Shown: positions 44,557 to 54,894, counted from the stretch's first letter. The stretch: 64,000 bases of DNA from Pyrinomonadaceae bacterium (GCA_046313635.1 JBKBYA010000001.1:620340-684339), one strand, 5' to 3'. A program made the numbers and translations. Notes: generated by a model from the sequence alone, not told the origin.

Positions 44557-45251
44557 GCCGGCTGATCGGCCTCGACGCGGTGGGCGCGGGCGGCCGAGCG
44601 GTCGGGCTTCTTTTCGAGAAGGAAGATCGTCTTTGACCACGCGATCGGCTCGCTTATCGGGAACTCGTGATTCCCAACGATCGTGAAGTAGCGCTGCGCG
44701 ATGCGGCGGACCTCTCTTACGGGATGGATCTTGAAGTTGTACAGCAGCTCGAGCACGGCGCCGACAAAGCCCGCCTTGACCGGGATCAGCACGAGCTTGC
44801 CGCTCGGCTTGAGCACCCGCGAGAGCTCTCTGAGCCCTTCGTCGAGATCCACGTACTCGAGCACGCCGCACGTCATCACGAGATCGAACGCACCGTCGGC
44901 GAACGGCAGCTTGAGGATGTTGCCCTGCACGCACGAGATCGCCTTTGAGGCCCGCTTCTTCTTTGAAAATTCGTCGCGTGCGATGCGCAGCGAATTGAAC
45001 GACAGGTCGAGCGCGATGGTGCGGCGAGGTTTGATGCCCGCATCCTGCATCGCAAGTGTGACGATGCCCGTGCCGCTGCCGGCGTCGAGCACGAACGAGT
45101 CGGGTTTGACGTCGAGCTCGAGCGAGCGAAGGTATTTGGCGACCGAGGTCCGGTAGCCGTTGAGTTTCATCGCGAAGTTGTGAACCTCGGCGATGCGATC
45201 GTAAAAGTTCTGCGTCTTGCTTTTTTTGGTCCCGTGCCCGTTTCTTGCCAT
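44553..45251 (-). CDS. Class I SAM-dependent methyltransferase
   Basis: VLDAGSGTG, LPFADGAFD, RVLKPSG. Confidence 0.88.
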   Translation of the reverse strand: MARNGHGTKKSKTQNFYDRIAEVHNFAMKLNGYRTSVAKYLRSLELDVKPDSFVLDAGSGTGIVTLAMQDAGIKPRRTIALDLSFNSLRIARDEFSKKKRASKAISCVQGNILKLPFADGAFDLVMTCGVLEYVDLDEGLRELSRVLKPSGKLVLIPVKAGFVGAVLELLYNFKIHPVREVRRIAQRYFTIVGNHEFPISEPIAWSKTIFLLEKKPDRSAARAHRVEADQPA

Positions 45252-45255
45252 CCGG

Positions 45256-46719
45256 CTATTTCTCTCGGATAAGTTTTTCTATCATCTCCCGCATCTCGTT
45301 GAGGCGGCTCGTGCTGGTACCGGTCTCGAGATAGCGGATGTTGCCCTTGCGGTCGATGATCGCCGCGGTCGGTATCGCAAGCGCCCCGTAGGTCTTGTGA
45401 TTCGCGTCGTCCTTTGCGACCAGGAAGTCGTAGGAGATCGCGTACCGGCGGCGAAAGCGGTCCAGGAATTCGACCTCGTTCGCGTGATCGACCGGGAAGC
45501 CCTCGGCCTGGCCGTAGTAGCGCGTGAGGCCCAGCACTACAAATCCGTCCTTGCCAAAATCCTGCTGCCACTCGTGTATCGCGGGAAAGGCCTCGATACA
45601 CGGCGCGCACCAGGTTGCCCAAAAGTCCAGCAACACTACTTTACCACGCAGCGCGGCGAGTGTTGTGCGCTCGCCTGGGAAGTAGCGGTCGATATTGACC
45701 AGCTCGGGGGCCGTCTCGCCGAGCATACGGTACTGGCGCTCGCGCTTTTTGAACTTTTCGGCGAGTACGGTCTGTGCCTGTTTGGAGCTAAAGTCGCGCG
45801 AGATCTGCGACTGCGTCTCAGACAGCATCTGCAGCGCCGCAGGCTTGCGGCCGGTCTCGATTTGATAGCGGACCTGAGCGTCGACCGCCCAGTAAAAAAC
45901 GTCAGGCGACTGCAGCTCGACCGCCGCATTTCGCAGCTCTGCAAGGGCCGCGTCGGCCTGCGGCCGTGAGTCGAGAGCGCGGTACGTTTCGAAAAGGAAA
46001 AGCCCGCTCGCGGCCACTTCGTCGATCACCTTGTCGCGCGCCGCCGGGTCGGCCGCGACGGCCTTATATGCTCTAAAACTCTCGAGGGCGTGGATCGCGG
46101 CCGGAGCGAGCTGGCCTTCGGCGCGATAACTGCGTGCGAGCTCTCGCTCCATCTGCCCGCGCTGGCTGAGCTTGACGGGCGAGCCCTTGACGTACTCGGC
46201 GATGGTCCTTTCGGCGTCGGCAAAATTCTTTTGCCGGGCGTGAATGACGGCGACGATCGCCCGCGCGTCCTGCAGTTTGTCGGGTGCGGTCTCGGCTGCC
46301 GGCTTTGCGAGAAAGGCGCCGAGGGCCTCGCGCGTGCGGTCGAGGTTTTCGGCGATCCAGTGCAGCAGGCCGAGGTAAAAAAGCTCGTCGGCAGAGAGCT
46401 CGGCAGATCGCGGCTGGATGGCGGCGGCGTATTTGGCGGCGAGCTGCTTGCGCTCGCGCTGCGTCTGCGCGATCAGGGCGTCGCTGGGCGGCACCTTTTT
46501 TTGCTCGTACTCGGCAAACTTGACCCGGTTGTAGGCGTTCGCCTCGTCAAACATCTCTTTGACGCTTTTGCTCAGCCCCGGCGCGACCGACGCTTCGGGC
46601 GTCGGCCGCGCGGTCGCCGGAGCGACACGCCGAGCCTGGGCCGAGGAGCTCTCGGCGCCGAGGCAGATCAGTGCGATCGAGATCGTCGCGATACGAAATA
46701 GAGACAGTTCCTTTCGCAT
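45256..46719 (-). CDS. Exported helical-repeat protein with C-terminal TlpA thioredoxin domain
   Basis: Signal peptide; LDFWATWCAPC, IPTAAIID; start at 46719 or 46734. Confidence 0.85.
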   Translation of the reverse strand: MRKELSLFRIATISIALICLGAESSSAQARRVAPATARPTPEASVAPGLSKSVKEMFDEANAYNRVKFAEYEQKKVPPSDALIAQTQRERKQLAAKYAAAIQPRSAELSADELFYLGLLHWIAENLDRTREALGAFLAKPAAETAPDKLQDARAIVAVIHARQKNFADAERTIAEYVKGSPVKLSQRGQMERELARSYRAEGQLAPAAIHALESFRAYKAVAADPAARDKVIDEVAASGLFLFETYRALDSRPQADAALAELRNAAVELQSPDVFYWAVDAQVRYQIETGRKPAALQMLSETQSQISRDFSSKQAQTVLAEKFKKRERQYRMLGETAPELVNIDRYFPGERTTLAALRGKVVLLDFWATWCAPCIEAFPAIHEWQQDFGKDGFVVLGLTRYYGQAEGFPVDHANEVEFLDRFRRRYAISYDFLVAKDDANHKTYGALAIPTAAIIDRKGNIRYLETGTSTSRLNEMREMIEKLIREK

Positions 46720-46740
46720 AATTTGTCGCGGCATCGGCGG

Positions 46741-47901
46741 CTATGTGATGGCGGCCGCGCTGCTCGACGGGTCGCCGACGCCGCCCGGGCCAAACGCCTC
46801 GAGAAAAGGCGATCCGACGTCATTCAGCAGTTTGTTGGCGATCAAGCCGGCCGTCAGCGGCGTTAAAAGGATGCCGTTGCGGTAATGCCCGGTTGCAACC
46901 GCAAGGTTTGGAATTTCGGGCCACACGCCGATGACGGGCCGCCCGCCGGCCGCGAAAGGCCGCAGACCGGCCCACGTTTCGGCCGGTCGGGCGCCGGCGA
47001 ACCTGCCCGAGATCTCGGCGGCCGCACGCTCCAGCGAAGCGATGCCTTCCGCCGTCGTCTGCTTGTCAAAACCGGCATCCTCGACCGTCGCGCCGACCAG
47101 CACGCGGCCGTCGCGCCGCGGGACGAGATAGCCCTTGTGCGAGTAGATGACGTGGCGAAAATCGGCCCGGCCCATCTCGCAGGCGATCATCTGGCCTTTG
47201 ATCGGCCGCACCGTCGGGAGCCGCGGGCCGCGAGCTCCGTCGATATTTATCAGAGACGTCCAGCAGCCCGCGGCGATGATGAAGTTCGATGCCGAGAGCT
47301 CGCCGGCCGAGGTCACGGCCGCCGTAACGCGACCCTTAGCGACGCGGAGCGACTCGACGGCGACGCCCTCGCCGACCTCTATGCCGCGGAGCGCGGCCGA
47401 GCGCCTGAGCGCGTCGACGAGCTTGCGATTCTCGACCTGCCAGTCGTCCGGATATCTGAATCCGAGCTTCACAGCCGGCGAGACGAGCGGCTCGACGCGC
47501 AGCACGTCGCCGGGCGCGAGCCGCTCCACCGAAACGCCTGCCGCGAGCTGGCGCCCGAATTTTGCTTCGGCGCGGCGGACGTCTTCGTCCGTGAAGGCAA
47601 GCTCGAGCGTGCCCGTGCGGTCGAGCTCGACATCGATGCCGGTCTCGTCGCGAAGCTCGTCCGCAAAGCTCGGCCACATCGCGAGCGAGTCGCGGCAGAG
47701 CCCGTAAAAATCGTCAAAGACGTCGCACTCGGCGTTTGGCGCGAGCATCCCGGCCGCCGCCCAGGACGCCTCCATTCCGGCCGTGCCGCGATCGATGACG
47801 ACGACGCGTTTCGCTCCTAGCCGGCGCAGCTCGCGCGCGATCGAGAGCCCGATGACGCCGCCGCCGACGATCAAAAAGTCAGCTTGATCTTGAACTGCCA
47901 T
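46741..47901 (-). CDS. thiO: Glycine oxidase
   Basis: VGGGVIG, ASWAAAGML, PIKGQM, VGATVE, WAGLRP, TGHYRNGILL. Confidence 0.9.
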   Translation of the reverse strand: MAVQDQADFLIVGGGVIGLSIARELRRLGAKRVVVIDRGTAGMEASWAAAGMLAPNAECDVFDDFYGLCRDSLAMWPSFADELRDETGIDVELDRTGTLELAFTDEDVRRAEAKFGRQLAAGVSVERLAPGDVLRVEPLVSPAVKLGFRYPDDWQVENRKLVDALRRSAALRGIEVGEGVAVESLRVAKGRVTAAVTSAGELSASNFIIAAGCWTSLINIDGARGPRLPTVRPIKGQMIACEMGRADFRHVIYSHKGYLVPRRDGRVLVGATVEDAGFDKQTTAEGIASLERAAAEISGRFAGARPAETWAGLRPFAAGGRPVIGVWPEIPNLAVATGHYRNGILLTPLTAGLIANKLLNDVGSPFLEAFGPGGVGDPSSSAAAIT

Positions 47902-48041
47902 TTCTTGCCCGACAAAGGCCAATGATAGTCAAGACGCTGCCTGATTACGAGTCGAGGGCCGCCGGAGGCGGACTCGGCGTGCGGTTGGGTTACAATGTCA
48001 ATTCCGGTCAAAAGCTCGAAAGCAAATGACGGGTACCAGAT

Positions 48042-49073
48042 ATGGCCAAACACACCATCACACTTATCCCCGGCGACGGCATCGGGCCTGAGATCATCGC
48101 GGCGACCGTCAGGATCATCGAGGCGTCGGGCATCGACGTCGAGTGGGAAACCCACATCATGGGCGCGCAGGCGCAGGAGAAGTACGGCACCACGCTCCCG
48201 GCCGACACGATCGACTCGATCAAGCGAAACCGCGTCGCGCTCAAGGGGCCGCAGACGACGCCGATCGGCAAGGGCTTTACGTCGGTCAACGTCGGTTTGC
48301 GAAAGGCCCTCGACCTCTACGCCAACGTCCGCCCGATCAAGTCACTGCCGGGCCTGCCGAGCAAGTATCCCGAGCTCGACCTGGTGATCGTCCGCGAAAA
48401 TACCGAGGACCTCTACGCCGGCCTCGAGCACATCGTCGTGCCGGGCGTGGTCGAGAGCATCAAGATCATTACCGAAAAGGCCTCGACGCGGATCGCGCGT
48501 TATGCATTCGAGTACGCTCGTCTGAACGGCCGTAAAAAGGTCACCGCCGTTCACAAGGCCAATATCATGAAGCTCTCGGACGGGCTGTTTCTCGAGTGCT
48601 TTTACAACGTCGCAAAAGACTTTCCGGAGATCACGGCCGATGACAAGATCATCGACAACTGCTGCATGCAGCTCGTGATGCGGCCCGAGCAGTTTGACGT
48701 GCTCGTGCTCGAAAATCTCTACGGCGACATCGTCTCAGACCTCTGCGCCGGTCTGATCGGCGGGCTCGGTCTCGCTCCGGGAGCGAATATCGGCGAGCAG
48801 GGCGCGGTCTTTGAGGCAGTGCACGGCTCGGCTCCCGACATCGCGGGCCAGGGCATCGCGAACCCGACCGCGATCCTGATGTCGGCCATCCTGATGCTGC
48901 GGCACATCGGCGAGACCGATGCCGCGAACCGGATCGAGGGGGCGATGCTCGACGTGTACTCCGAGGGCAAGTTCCTGACACGCGACCTCGGCGGTACGGC
49001 AAAGACCAACGACTTTGCCCGCGCGATCGTCGAAAAGCTCGCCGCCGGTGAAGAAGCGGCCTCGGCACGATAG
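48042..49073 (+). CDS. Isocitrate/isopropylmalate dehydrogenase family, NAD-IDH-like
   Basis: PGDGIGPEI, SVNVGLRK, RENTED, HKANIMK, NLYGDIVSD, FEAVHGSAPDIAG. Confidence 0.92.
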   Translation: MAKHTITLIPGDGIGPEIIAATVRIIEASGIDVEWETHIMGAQAQEKYGTTLPADTIDSIKRNRVALKGPQTTPIGKGFTSVNVGLRKALDLYANVRPIKSLPGLPSKYPELDLVIVRENTEDLYAGLEHIVVPGVVESIKIITEKASTRIARYAFEYARLNGRKKVTAVHKANIMKLSDGLFLECFYNVAKDFPEITADDKIIDNCCMQLVMRPEQFDVLVLENLYGDIVSDLCAGLIGGLGLAPGANIGEQGAVFEAVHGSAPDIAGQGIANPTAILMSAILMLRHIGETDAANRIEGAMLDVYSEGKFLTRDLGGTAKTNDFARAIVEKLAAGEEAASAR

Positions 49074-49153
49074 GTGCAATTCTGGCTGCGGCGGAACGTT
49101 CACAGAGTGCGGCCGCCTGCTTTTGGGCGGCACGACCAGGGAGGTCTTATTCA

Positions 49154-49570
49154 ATGAAGAAGTATTTATTCGTTCTACTCGTTGCCGCGGTCGCCGCTCT
49201 CGGTGCGGCCGTCGATGCAAATGCCGCGACCGGGCGAGGCCAGCGCGTGACCGTTCAGATCAAACGAGAATCGAAGGCCGCCGGCGGTCTGCGGATCAGG
49301 TTTCTCGAGCTGATCGAAGACTCGCGCTGCCCCGTCGATACCCAGTGCGTTTGGGCGGGCAACGCAAAGATCCGCATTCAGGTGCGAGGCCGGCGAGGCG
49401 CGGGCGTCAAGATCTTTGAGATCAACTCGGCGACCGTTCCCACATCGGTCGTTTACGACGGTTACGAGATCAGGTTTGTAGACCTGACGCCGCACCCGAG
49501 ATCGAATATCCGGATCGATCCAAATGGTTACAGGGCCGTCTTTGAGGTTGTAAGACGCGGCGACCGGTAG
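49154..49570 (+). CDS. Exported hypothetical protein with DSRCP..CVWAG motif
   Basis: GGAGG RBS, signal peptide, EDSRCPVDTQCVWAG. Confidence 0.8.
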   Translation: MKKYLFVLLVAAVAALGAAVDANAATGRGQRVTVQIKRESKAAGGLRIRFLELIEDSRCPVDTQCVWAGNAKIRIQVRGRRGAGVKIFEINSATVPTSVVYDGYEIRFVDLTPHPRSNIRIDPNGYRAVFEVVRRGDR

Positions 49571-49602
49571 CAGTCCGGAGACGCCGCACGCCGTGACGAA
49601 CG

Positions 49603-49642
49603 AGGCCTCGTCCGCGAGTCGGACGAGGCCTTTTTATTTTTT
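49603..49642 (+). terminator. Rho-independent terminator
   Basis: aggcctcgtccg-cgagt-cggacgaggcct-ttttatttttt. Confidence 0.85.
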
Positions 49643-49648
49643 GTGCGA

Positions 49649-50659
49649 TCAGATGCGCACGACGACCTTGCCGAGATGATCGCTGCTTTCGAGGTATCGG
49701 AGAGCTTCGCCGATCTCGTCCCATTCAAAGACGCGGTCGACCACGGGCCGCAGGCGCTTGTCGCTGATAAACAAATTCATCTCCTCAAACATCTCGCGAG
49801 AGCCGGTCTCGATGCCGTGCAGCGTGATGCTCCGCATCACGAACTGGTAGAGGTCGACCGGCGCGCTGAGACCCGCGATCAAACCGATGAAGCTCACCGT
49901 GCCGCCGACCCGGACGAGCTGGAGCGAGTTGTTCAGGTTGGTGCCGCCGACGGTCTCCATCACGTGATCGACGCCGCGGCCCGACGTGAGCTCAAGCACG
50001 CGGTCTTGCCAATTGTTGTCGGTCTCGTAGTTCACCGCGTGGGCCATGCCGAGCTCGCGGAGCCGTGCGATCTTGGCATCGCTCGACGAGGTCATGATCG
50101 GCGTCGCGCCGAGAGCGAGTGCGAACTGCGCCGCAAAGAGGGCCACGCCGCCGGAGCCGTGAATGAGCACGGTCTCGCCGCTTTTCACACGGCTTCGCCT
50201 CGCGACGGCCTGCCACGCGGTGACGCCGGCGACCGGCAGCGTGGACGCTTCGAGATCGGAGAGTTCTGCCGGTGCCCGCACGAGCGCGCTCTCGTCAAAA
50301 ATTCGAAACTCCGACATCACGCCGTCCGCCGCCGAGCCGCCGAGAGCTCCGGACGTGTTTTCGTCCGACGGCTCGCCGCTGTACCAGTGCGGCAAAAAGT
50401 TGCCGACGACCCGATCGCCGGTCTTCCACCGGGTCACGCCGTCGCCGAGTTCGACGACCTCGCCGGCGCCGTCCGAGACGGGGATGCGCGGCGTTTGGGT
50501 CTTCCAACGCCCGAAGCCGTTGATAACAAGCAGGTCGCGGTAATTAAGCGAGGCGGCGGTCATCCGGACCAGCACCTGTCCGGCTGCGGGCCGCGGTCTT
50601 GTCCTCTCCTCAAAACGCAGGCGCTCGATACCGTCGCCCGTGGTCAGCATTACTTTCAT
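49649..50659 (-). CDS. MDR family (zinc-ADH-like) NAD(P) oxidoreductase
   Basis: ASLNYRD, IPVSDGAG, LPVAGVTAW, GSGGVA, HLGKVV; start at 50659 or 50680. Confidence 0.9.
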   Translation of the reverse strand: MKVMLTTGDGIERLRFEERTRPRPAAGQVLVRMTAASLNYRDLLVINGFGRWKTQTPRIPVSDGAGEVVELGDGVTRWKTGDRVVGNFLPHWYSGEPSDENTSGALGGSAADGVMSEFRIFDESALVRAPAELSDLEASTLPVAGVTAWQAVARRSRVKSGETVLIHGSGGVALFAAQFALALGATPIMTSSSDAKIARLRELGMAHAVNYETDNNWQDRVLELTSGRGVDHVMETVGGTNLNNSLQLVRVGGTVSFIGLIAGLSAPVDLYQFVMRSITLHGIETGSREMFEEMNLFISDKRLRPVVDRVFEWDEIGEALRYLESSDHLGKVVVRI

Positions 50660-50729
50660 AAAGTTCCCTCTATCGAGCAACGCGGAGACGGGCGAACGAA
50701 AATGTCCGTTTCGTTCGAGCGCCGATCGC

Positions 50730-51140
50730 CTATCGAACCGGATTTGTGAGGTAAATGACGGCCATCGTCAGCAAAAAGTACGGGACGATGACCGCAGCTC
50801 CGGCGTAGTCCTTGGCGACCCGTTGACCAAAGAAGAGCGATGCGAGCGACGCCGCGCCCAGCGCCGCCGAGTAAAAGATGATGAGCGTCGAGCCCGTGAC
50901 GACAAAGTAGATCAGCCCGACGGCCGCGGCCGCGCCGGTCGCGAGCTCCATCACTGTGATCACCGCCAGCAGCAAGGGCACCATCGGCGCCATAAACGTC
51001 TCTGCAAAATGGCCCGTCAGCCATTCGCGGTTGCCCCGCCAGTCAAACACCTTGTCGAGCCCCGACTGCAGAAACAGTATCGCGATCATCAGCGCACCAA
51101 AGAGCGCCGGCAGATTTAGTACAAGCTCGTTCAGTTCCAT
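50730..51140 (-). CDS. DoxX-like membrane protein
   Basis: LFLQSGLDKVFDW, FFGQRVAKDY, about four TM helices. Confidence 0.82.
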   Translation of the reverse strand: MELNELVLNLPALFGALMIAILFLQSGLDKVFDWRGNREWLTGHFAETFMAPMVPLLLAVITVMELATGAAAAVGLIYFVVTGSTLIIFYSAALGAASLASLFFGQRVAKDYAGAAVIVPYFLLTMAVIYLTNPVR

Positions 51141-51189
51141 AGCAAAAAAATGTGCGGCCGCGATGGGCCGCACGTCTGTGTTTGGTTTG

Positions 51190-52515
51190 TTATCGTCTTG
51201 CGCTGCGCGCTTTGGTCGAGTTCATCAACGCTTCGATCTCGTCGGGGTCCTTCGGCACCTTTGTCGTCAGATTGCGGTTTCCGTCCTCGGTGACAAGCAC
51301 GTCGTCCTCGATGCGGATGCCGATGCCGCGGTACTTCGCGGGGGCCGACCTGTCGTCGGGCGGGATGTAGAGGCCGGGCTCGACGGTGAGGACCATTCCG
51401 GGTTCGAACGGCCGCGAATTCTTTGCCTGCTGATCGGTGAAGTAGCGTCCCGCGTCGTGCACGTCGAGGCCCAGATAATGGCCGACGCCGTGCATGTAGT
51501 ACTTCATATACGCCTTTTTCTTGATCAGCTCCTGCGTCTTGCCCTTGAGCAGGCCGAGCTTTTTCATTCCCTCGGTGAGCAGCTCGATCGAGAGTTCCTG
51601 TCGTCCCCGGACGGTCTGGCCGACCCTGGTTGCTTCGACGCACTGGATCTGTACGTCGAGCACGACGTCGTAAACCTCACGCTGCGCCGGCGTGAAGCGG
51701 CCGTTGATCGGGAACGTGCGGGTGATGTCCGAAGCGTAGCCTTGGTATTCAGCACCGGCGTCGATGAGGATCAGGTCGCCGTCCCGGAGCTCGCGGTTGT
51801 TTTCGACGTAATGCAGGATCGTCGCATTCTCGCCGCTGCCGATGATCGAGTTGTAGGCGACGCCCGACGCGCCCTGCTCGCGCATATATGCCTCGATCAG
51901 CGACTCGACCTGAAATTCATTCATTCCCGGCCTGACCGAACGCATCGCGAGCACGTGAGCCTCGGCGGCGATGTCGGCCGCGCGCTGCATCAGCTCGACC
52001 TCTTCTTCGCTCTTATGCAGACGCATCTCGCCGATGATCAGCGTCGGGTCGATGATGGTGTGCGGCGGATACGCGGTCTTGAGACGGCGGACGCGCTGCT
52101 CGGTGAGATAGCCGAGGATCTGCTGGTCGAGCGCCTTGTCGACCGAGAAGCGGTAGTAGAGCCTCTCGCGGCCGTTGAGCAGCTTTGGCAGATCGGCCGC
52201 GAAGCGCTCGATCGAAAAGGCCTTGTCCGCGCCGTAATTCTTTACGGCGCCGTCCGTCCCTTCGCGGCGGCCGAACCAGGTCTCCATCTCAGGGTCGCGC
52301 GGGCGGACGTAGAGCGTGTACGGAGCACGCTTGTTCGACGGGTCGATCACCGCGACCGCATCCGGCTCAGGGAAGCCTGTCAGGTACCAAAAGTCGGAGT
52401 CCTGCCGGAACTTGTACTCCGTGTCGTAGCTGCGCGTGGCCTCATGCGCCGCAGGAATGATCGCCACGGAATTCGGCTCCATCTGCTCGATGAATCTTTT
52501 GAGTTGTTGTCGCAT
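51190..52515 (-). CDS. pepP: Xaa-Pro aminopeptidase
   Basis: FRQDSDFWYLTG, IDAG, SDITRT, HGVGHYLGLDVHD, VEPG, RIEDD. Confidence 0.95.
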   Translation of the reverse strand: MRQQLKRFIEQMEPNSVAIIPAAHEATRSYDTEYKFRQDSDFWYLTGFPEPDAVAVIDPSNKRAPYTLYVRPRDPEMETWFGRREGTDGAVKNYGADKAFSIERFAADLPKLLNGRERLYYRFSVDKALDQQILGYLTEQRVRRLKTAYPPHTIIDPTLIIGEMRLHKSEEEVELMQRAADIAAEAHVLAMRSVRPGMNEFQVESLIEAYMREQGASGVAYNSIIGSGENATILHYVENNRELRDGDLILIDAGAEYQGYASDITRTFPINGRFTPAQREVYDVVLDVQIQCVEATRVGQTVRGRQELSIELLTEGMKKLGLLKGKTQELIKKKAYMKYYMHGVGHYLGLDVHDAGRYFTDQQAKNSRPFEPGMVLTVEPGLYIPPDDRSAPAKYRGIGIRIEDDVLVTEDGNRNLTTKVPKDPDEIEALMNSTKARSARR

Positions 52516-52593
52516 AACTTTGTAGCCGAAATTAAGGTAAACAAATCCCGCAATGCCGACAAGTTGCCGATGCTCGAGCGAGCTTGCCGCTCC

Positions 52594-52924
52594 AAGTCAG
52601 AAACACCTGCGTGAGCGGGCGAGCTCTTCACACGTATTGACTGTTCAAGCCATGCCCGCGAAAGACGCGAAAAAGCGTGAAAGAGAATATTTGGAGGTGC
52701 GTCTCGCGAATGACGCGGATAGCAAAACCTAAAATCGCTTTTGCTCGATCCGTGCCATCCGCGGTTATCTGTGGCTAAGAGTTATTCCAATATTTCGCGT
52801 CCTTTCGCGCATTTGGCGGGCTTTTCTTCGCCGCGGTCGAAGAGCCCGCCCGCTCACGCGGTTTGGTTCCGACTTATTCCGCATTCAAAAGCGCCCACCC
52901 GCTCACGCGGGGTGGTTCTGACCT
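52594..52924. repeat. Three-layer nested palindrome plus an extra REP copy
   Basis: REP inverted pair 52594-52628 / 52840-52875 encloses the cgcgaaa-type pair 52655-52695 / 52785-52821, which encloses the cgcggat-type pair 52705-52727 / 52739-52764; further REP at 52889-52924. Confidence 0.82.
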
Positions 52925-52951
52925 GTGGTAATCTCGATCTTTCCTGACTGC

Positions 52952-53599
52952 GTGGACCTGAGGATCACCGAAATATTTCTCTCGATACAAGGCGAGTCGT
53001 CGCACGCCGGGCGGCCGTGTTCGTTCGTGCGGCTGACCGGCTGCCCGATGCGGTGCCGCTGGTGCGACAGCGAATACACGTTCACGGGCGGCGAGCGGAT
53101 GACATTCGACGAGATCTTTGCGCGGCTCGACGACCTCGGCTGCCGGCTTGTCGAGGTCACGGGCGGCGAGCCGCTCGCGCAGAAGAATGTTTTTCCCTTC
53201 ATTGCCGAGCTATGCGACCGCGGATACGAAGTGCTGATCGAGACCGGCGGCTTTGTCTCGACAGAATCGGTCGACCCGCGCGCCTCGATCATCCTCGACG
53301 TAAAGTGCCCCGCGTCGGGCGAGGCGGAAAGGAATCACTGGCCCAATCTCGATCGGCTCCGCCGCGAAAGGGACGAGGTGAAATTCGTCATTGCGGATCT
53401 CGCCGATTGGGAATTTGCGCGGCGCGTGATCGACGAGTACGACCTGACAAGCCGCGCAAAAGAGATACTCGTCTCGCCGGTGTTTGGTATCGACGATCTT
53501 GCCGGGATCGCCGAGACGATCTCGCGCAGCGGCCTGCCGGTGCGGCTCAATCTGCAGCTTCACAAATTCATTTGGGGACCGGACATGCACGGTGTCTAG
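52952..53599 (+). CDS. queE: 7-carboxy-7-deazaguanine synthase (radical SAM)
   Basis: EIFLSIQGE, FVRLTGCPMRCRWCD, TGGEPL, IETGG, LQLHK; start estimated. Confidence 0.92.
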   Translation: MDLRITEIFLSIQGESSHAGRPCSFVRLTGCPMRCRWCDSEYTFTGGERMTFDEIFARLDDLGCRLVEVTGGEPLAQKNVFPFIAELCDRGYEVLIETGGFVSTESVDPRASIILDVKCPASGEAERNHWPNLDRLRRERDEVKFVIADLADWEFARRVIDEYDLTSRAKEILVSPVFGIDDLAGIAETISRSGLPVRLNLQLHKFIWGPDMHGV

Positions 53600-53603
53600 A
53601 CTT

Positions 53604-53658
53604 CTTTGCGTCTCTGCGGCTTTGCGGGAGATGCGGCCCGCAAAGACGCAAAGCCGCA
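53604..53658. repeat. Inverted octamer array (CTYTGCGK)3 / (MCGCAAAG)n
   Basis: ctttgcgt ctctgcgg ctttgcgg gaga..cccgcaaag acgcaaag ccgca. Confidence 0.85.
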
Positions 53659-53676
53659 CAGTATGAATTCACAAGT

Positions 53677-54606
53677 ATGAGAACGATCAAATTCGCCGCG
53701 TTTGTTTTTTTGCTCGCGGTCGCATCGCAGGCCACTCCGGGCCAGCGTAAAAAGGCGGCCGCCGCGCCGCCGAAAGCGACGCCTACGGCGACACTGCTCT
53801 CGCGCGTCGAGGCCGCGCTCGAGGGCTTTCAGGGCAAGGCGTGGATCTACGCACGGAATCTCGACACCGGTCAGGAGTTTTGCCTTCGCTGCGACGAGCC
53901 GACGCGCACGGCGAGCACGATCAAGCTCGCGATCATGGCCGAGGCGTTTCGACAGGTCGCCGAGGGCAAGCTCAAATGGGACGACGAGATCGTGCTCACA
54001 AAAGATAAAAAGGTCGGCGGCTCGGGCATACTCGGCGAATTCTCTGACAACACAAAGATCGACCTCAAGACGGCCGTCAATCTGATGATCGTCGTCTCCG
54101 ACAACACGGCGACAAACCTCGTCATCGACAAGGTCGGCACAGACAATGTCAACGCATTCATGGACCAGCTCGGGCTCGCGAATATCCGCTCGATGCGCAA
54201 GATCGGCGGCGGCGGTGACGCCAAGGCTTGGCTCGAGGATCCGTCGGCGCGGCTCTTCGGTCTCGGCAAGTCGACGCCTCGCGAGATGGTCATGCTCGTC
54301 GAGATGATGGAGCGAGGCACGCTCGTTTCAAAAGAAGCTTCGGCCGAGATGATCGCCATCCTCAAGCGCCAGCAGTACAAGGACGGCATCGGCCGCGCCG
54401 TGCCCGACTCGGTCCCGGTCGCTTCCAAATCCGGAGCTCTCGATCGTCTCCGCTCTGACGTCGGCATCGTTTACACCCGCCGCGGCCGCATCGCGATGGC
54501 CATCACCATCGACGACATGCGCGTCGTCGCGTACGATCAGGAAAATCCCGGTCTCGCGATGATCTGGAAACTGTCGCAGGTACTGCAGGACGGGTTGGGC
54601 CGGTGA
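53677..54606 (+). CDS. Class A beta-lactamase-like serine hydrolase, exported
   Basis: Signal peptide, ASTIK (SxxK), SDN, KSG. Confidence 0.88.
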   Translation: MRTIKFAAFVFLLAVASQATPGQRKKAAAAPPKATPTATLLSRVEAALEGFQGKAWIYARNLDTGQEFCLRCDEPTRTASTIKLAIMAEAFRQVAEGKLKWDDEIVLTKDKKVGGSGILGEFSDNTKIDLKTAVNLMIVVSDNTATNLVIDKVGTDNVNAFMDQLGLANIRSMRKIGGGGDAKAWLEDPSARLFGLGKSTPREMVMLVEMMERGTLVSKEASAEMIAILKRQQYKDGIGRAVPDSVPVASKSGALDRLRSDVGIVYTRRGRIAMAITIDDMRVVAYDQENPGLAMIWKLSQVLQDGLGR

Positions 54607-54698
54607 GGTGACGCGGAGACGCGTCGAGACGGGGAATTAGCTATCATCCATCGAGGGCATCGCGACCGAACAGCACGTTTGCGTGCGGGACCAAACTT

Positions 54699-54796
54699 CT
54701 CTGCGTCTCTGCGTCTCTGCGGGAGACATTGCTCGACCGCATTAATTCAGAAAGAAGATTCGAAAGCGTTTCCCGCAGAGCCGCAGAGCCGCAAAG
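54699..54796. repeat. Inverted octamer array upstream of the GxxExxY gene
   Basis: ctctgcgt ctctgcgt ctctgcgg gaga..tttc ccgcagag ccgcagag ccgcaaag. Confidence 0.88.
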
Positions 54797-54894
54797 GAAG
54801 AGCATCTAGATATTTCGAGGCGGCGGCTTCGAGCGGTAGAATGCCTTTCAAATAGCCGCTCTCGATTCTTCTGCGTCTCTGAGAGTGATCCCAT

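Noticed and set aside
50956..52614. 552-aa plus-strand ORF, and similar long ORFs at 16527-17711, 36303-37622, 19838-21025 and 19170-20561
   Set aside because: Antisense or alternate-frame shadows of well-supported genes, expected in GC-rich DNA; no recognisable motifs
52516..52951. preQ1 riboswitch upstream of queE
   Set aside because: No recognisable preQ1 aptamer; the region is explained by nested repeats. An Rfam scan would be decisive
53017..53676. Long N-terminal extension of the serine hydrolase (likewise track starts 4977, 9040, 44934, 31666, 31988, 57394)
   Set aside because: Extensions overlap neighbouring genes or translate repeat DNA; downstream starts match family N-termini
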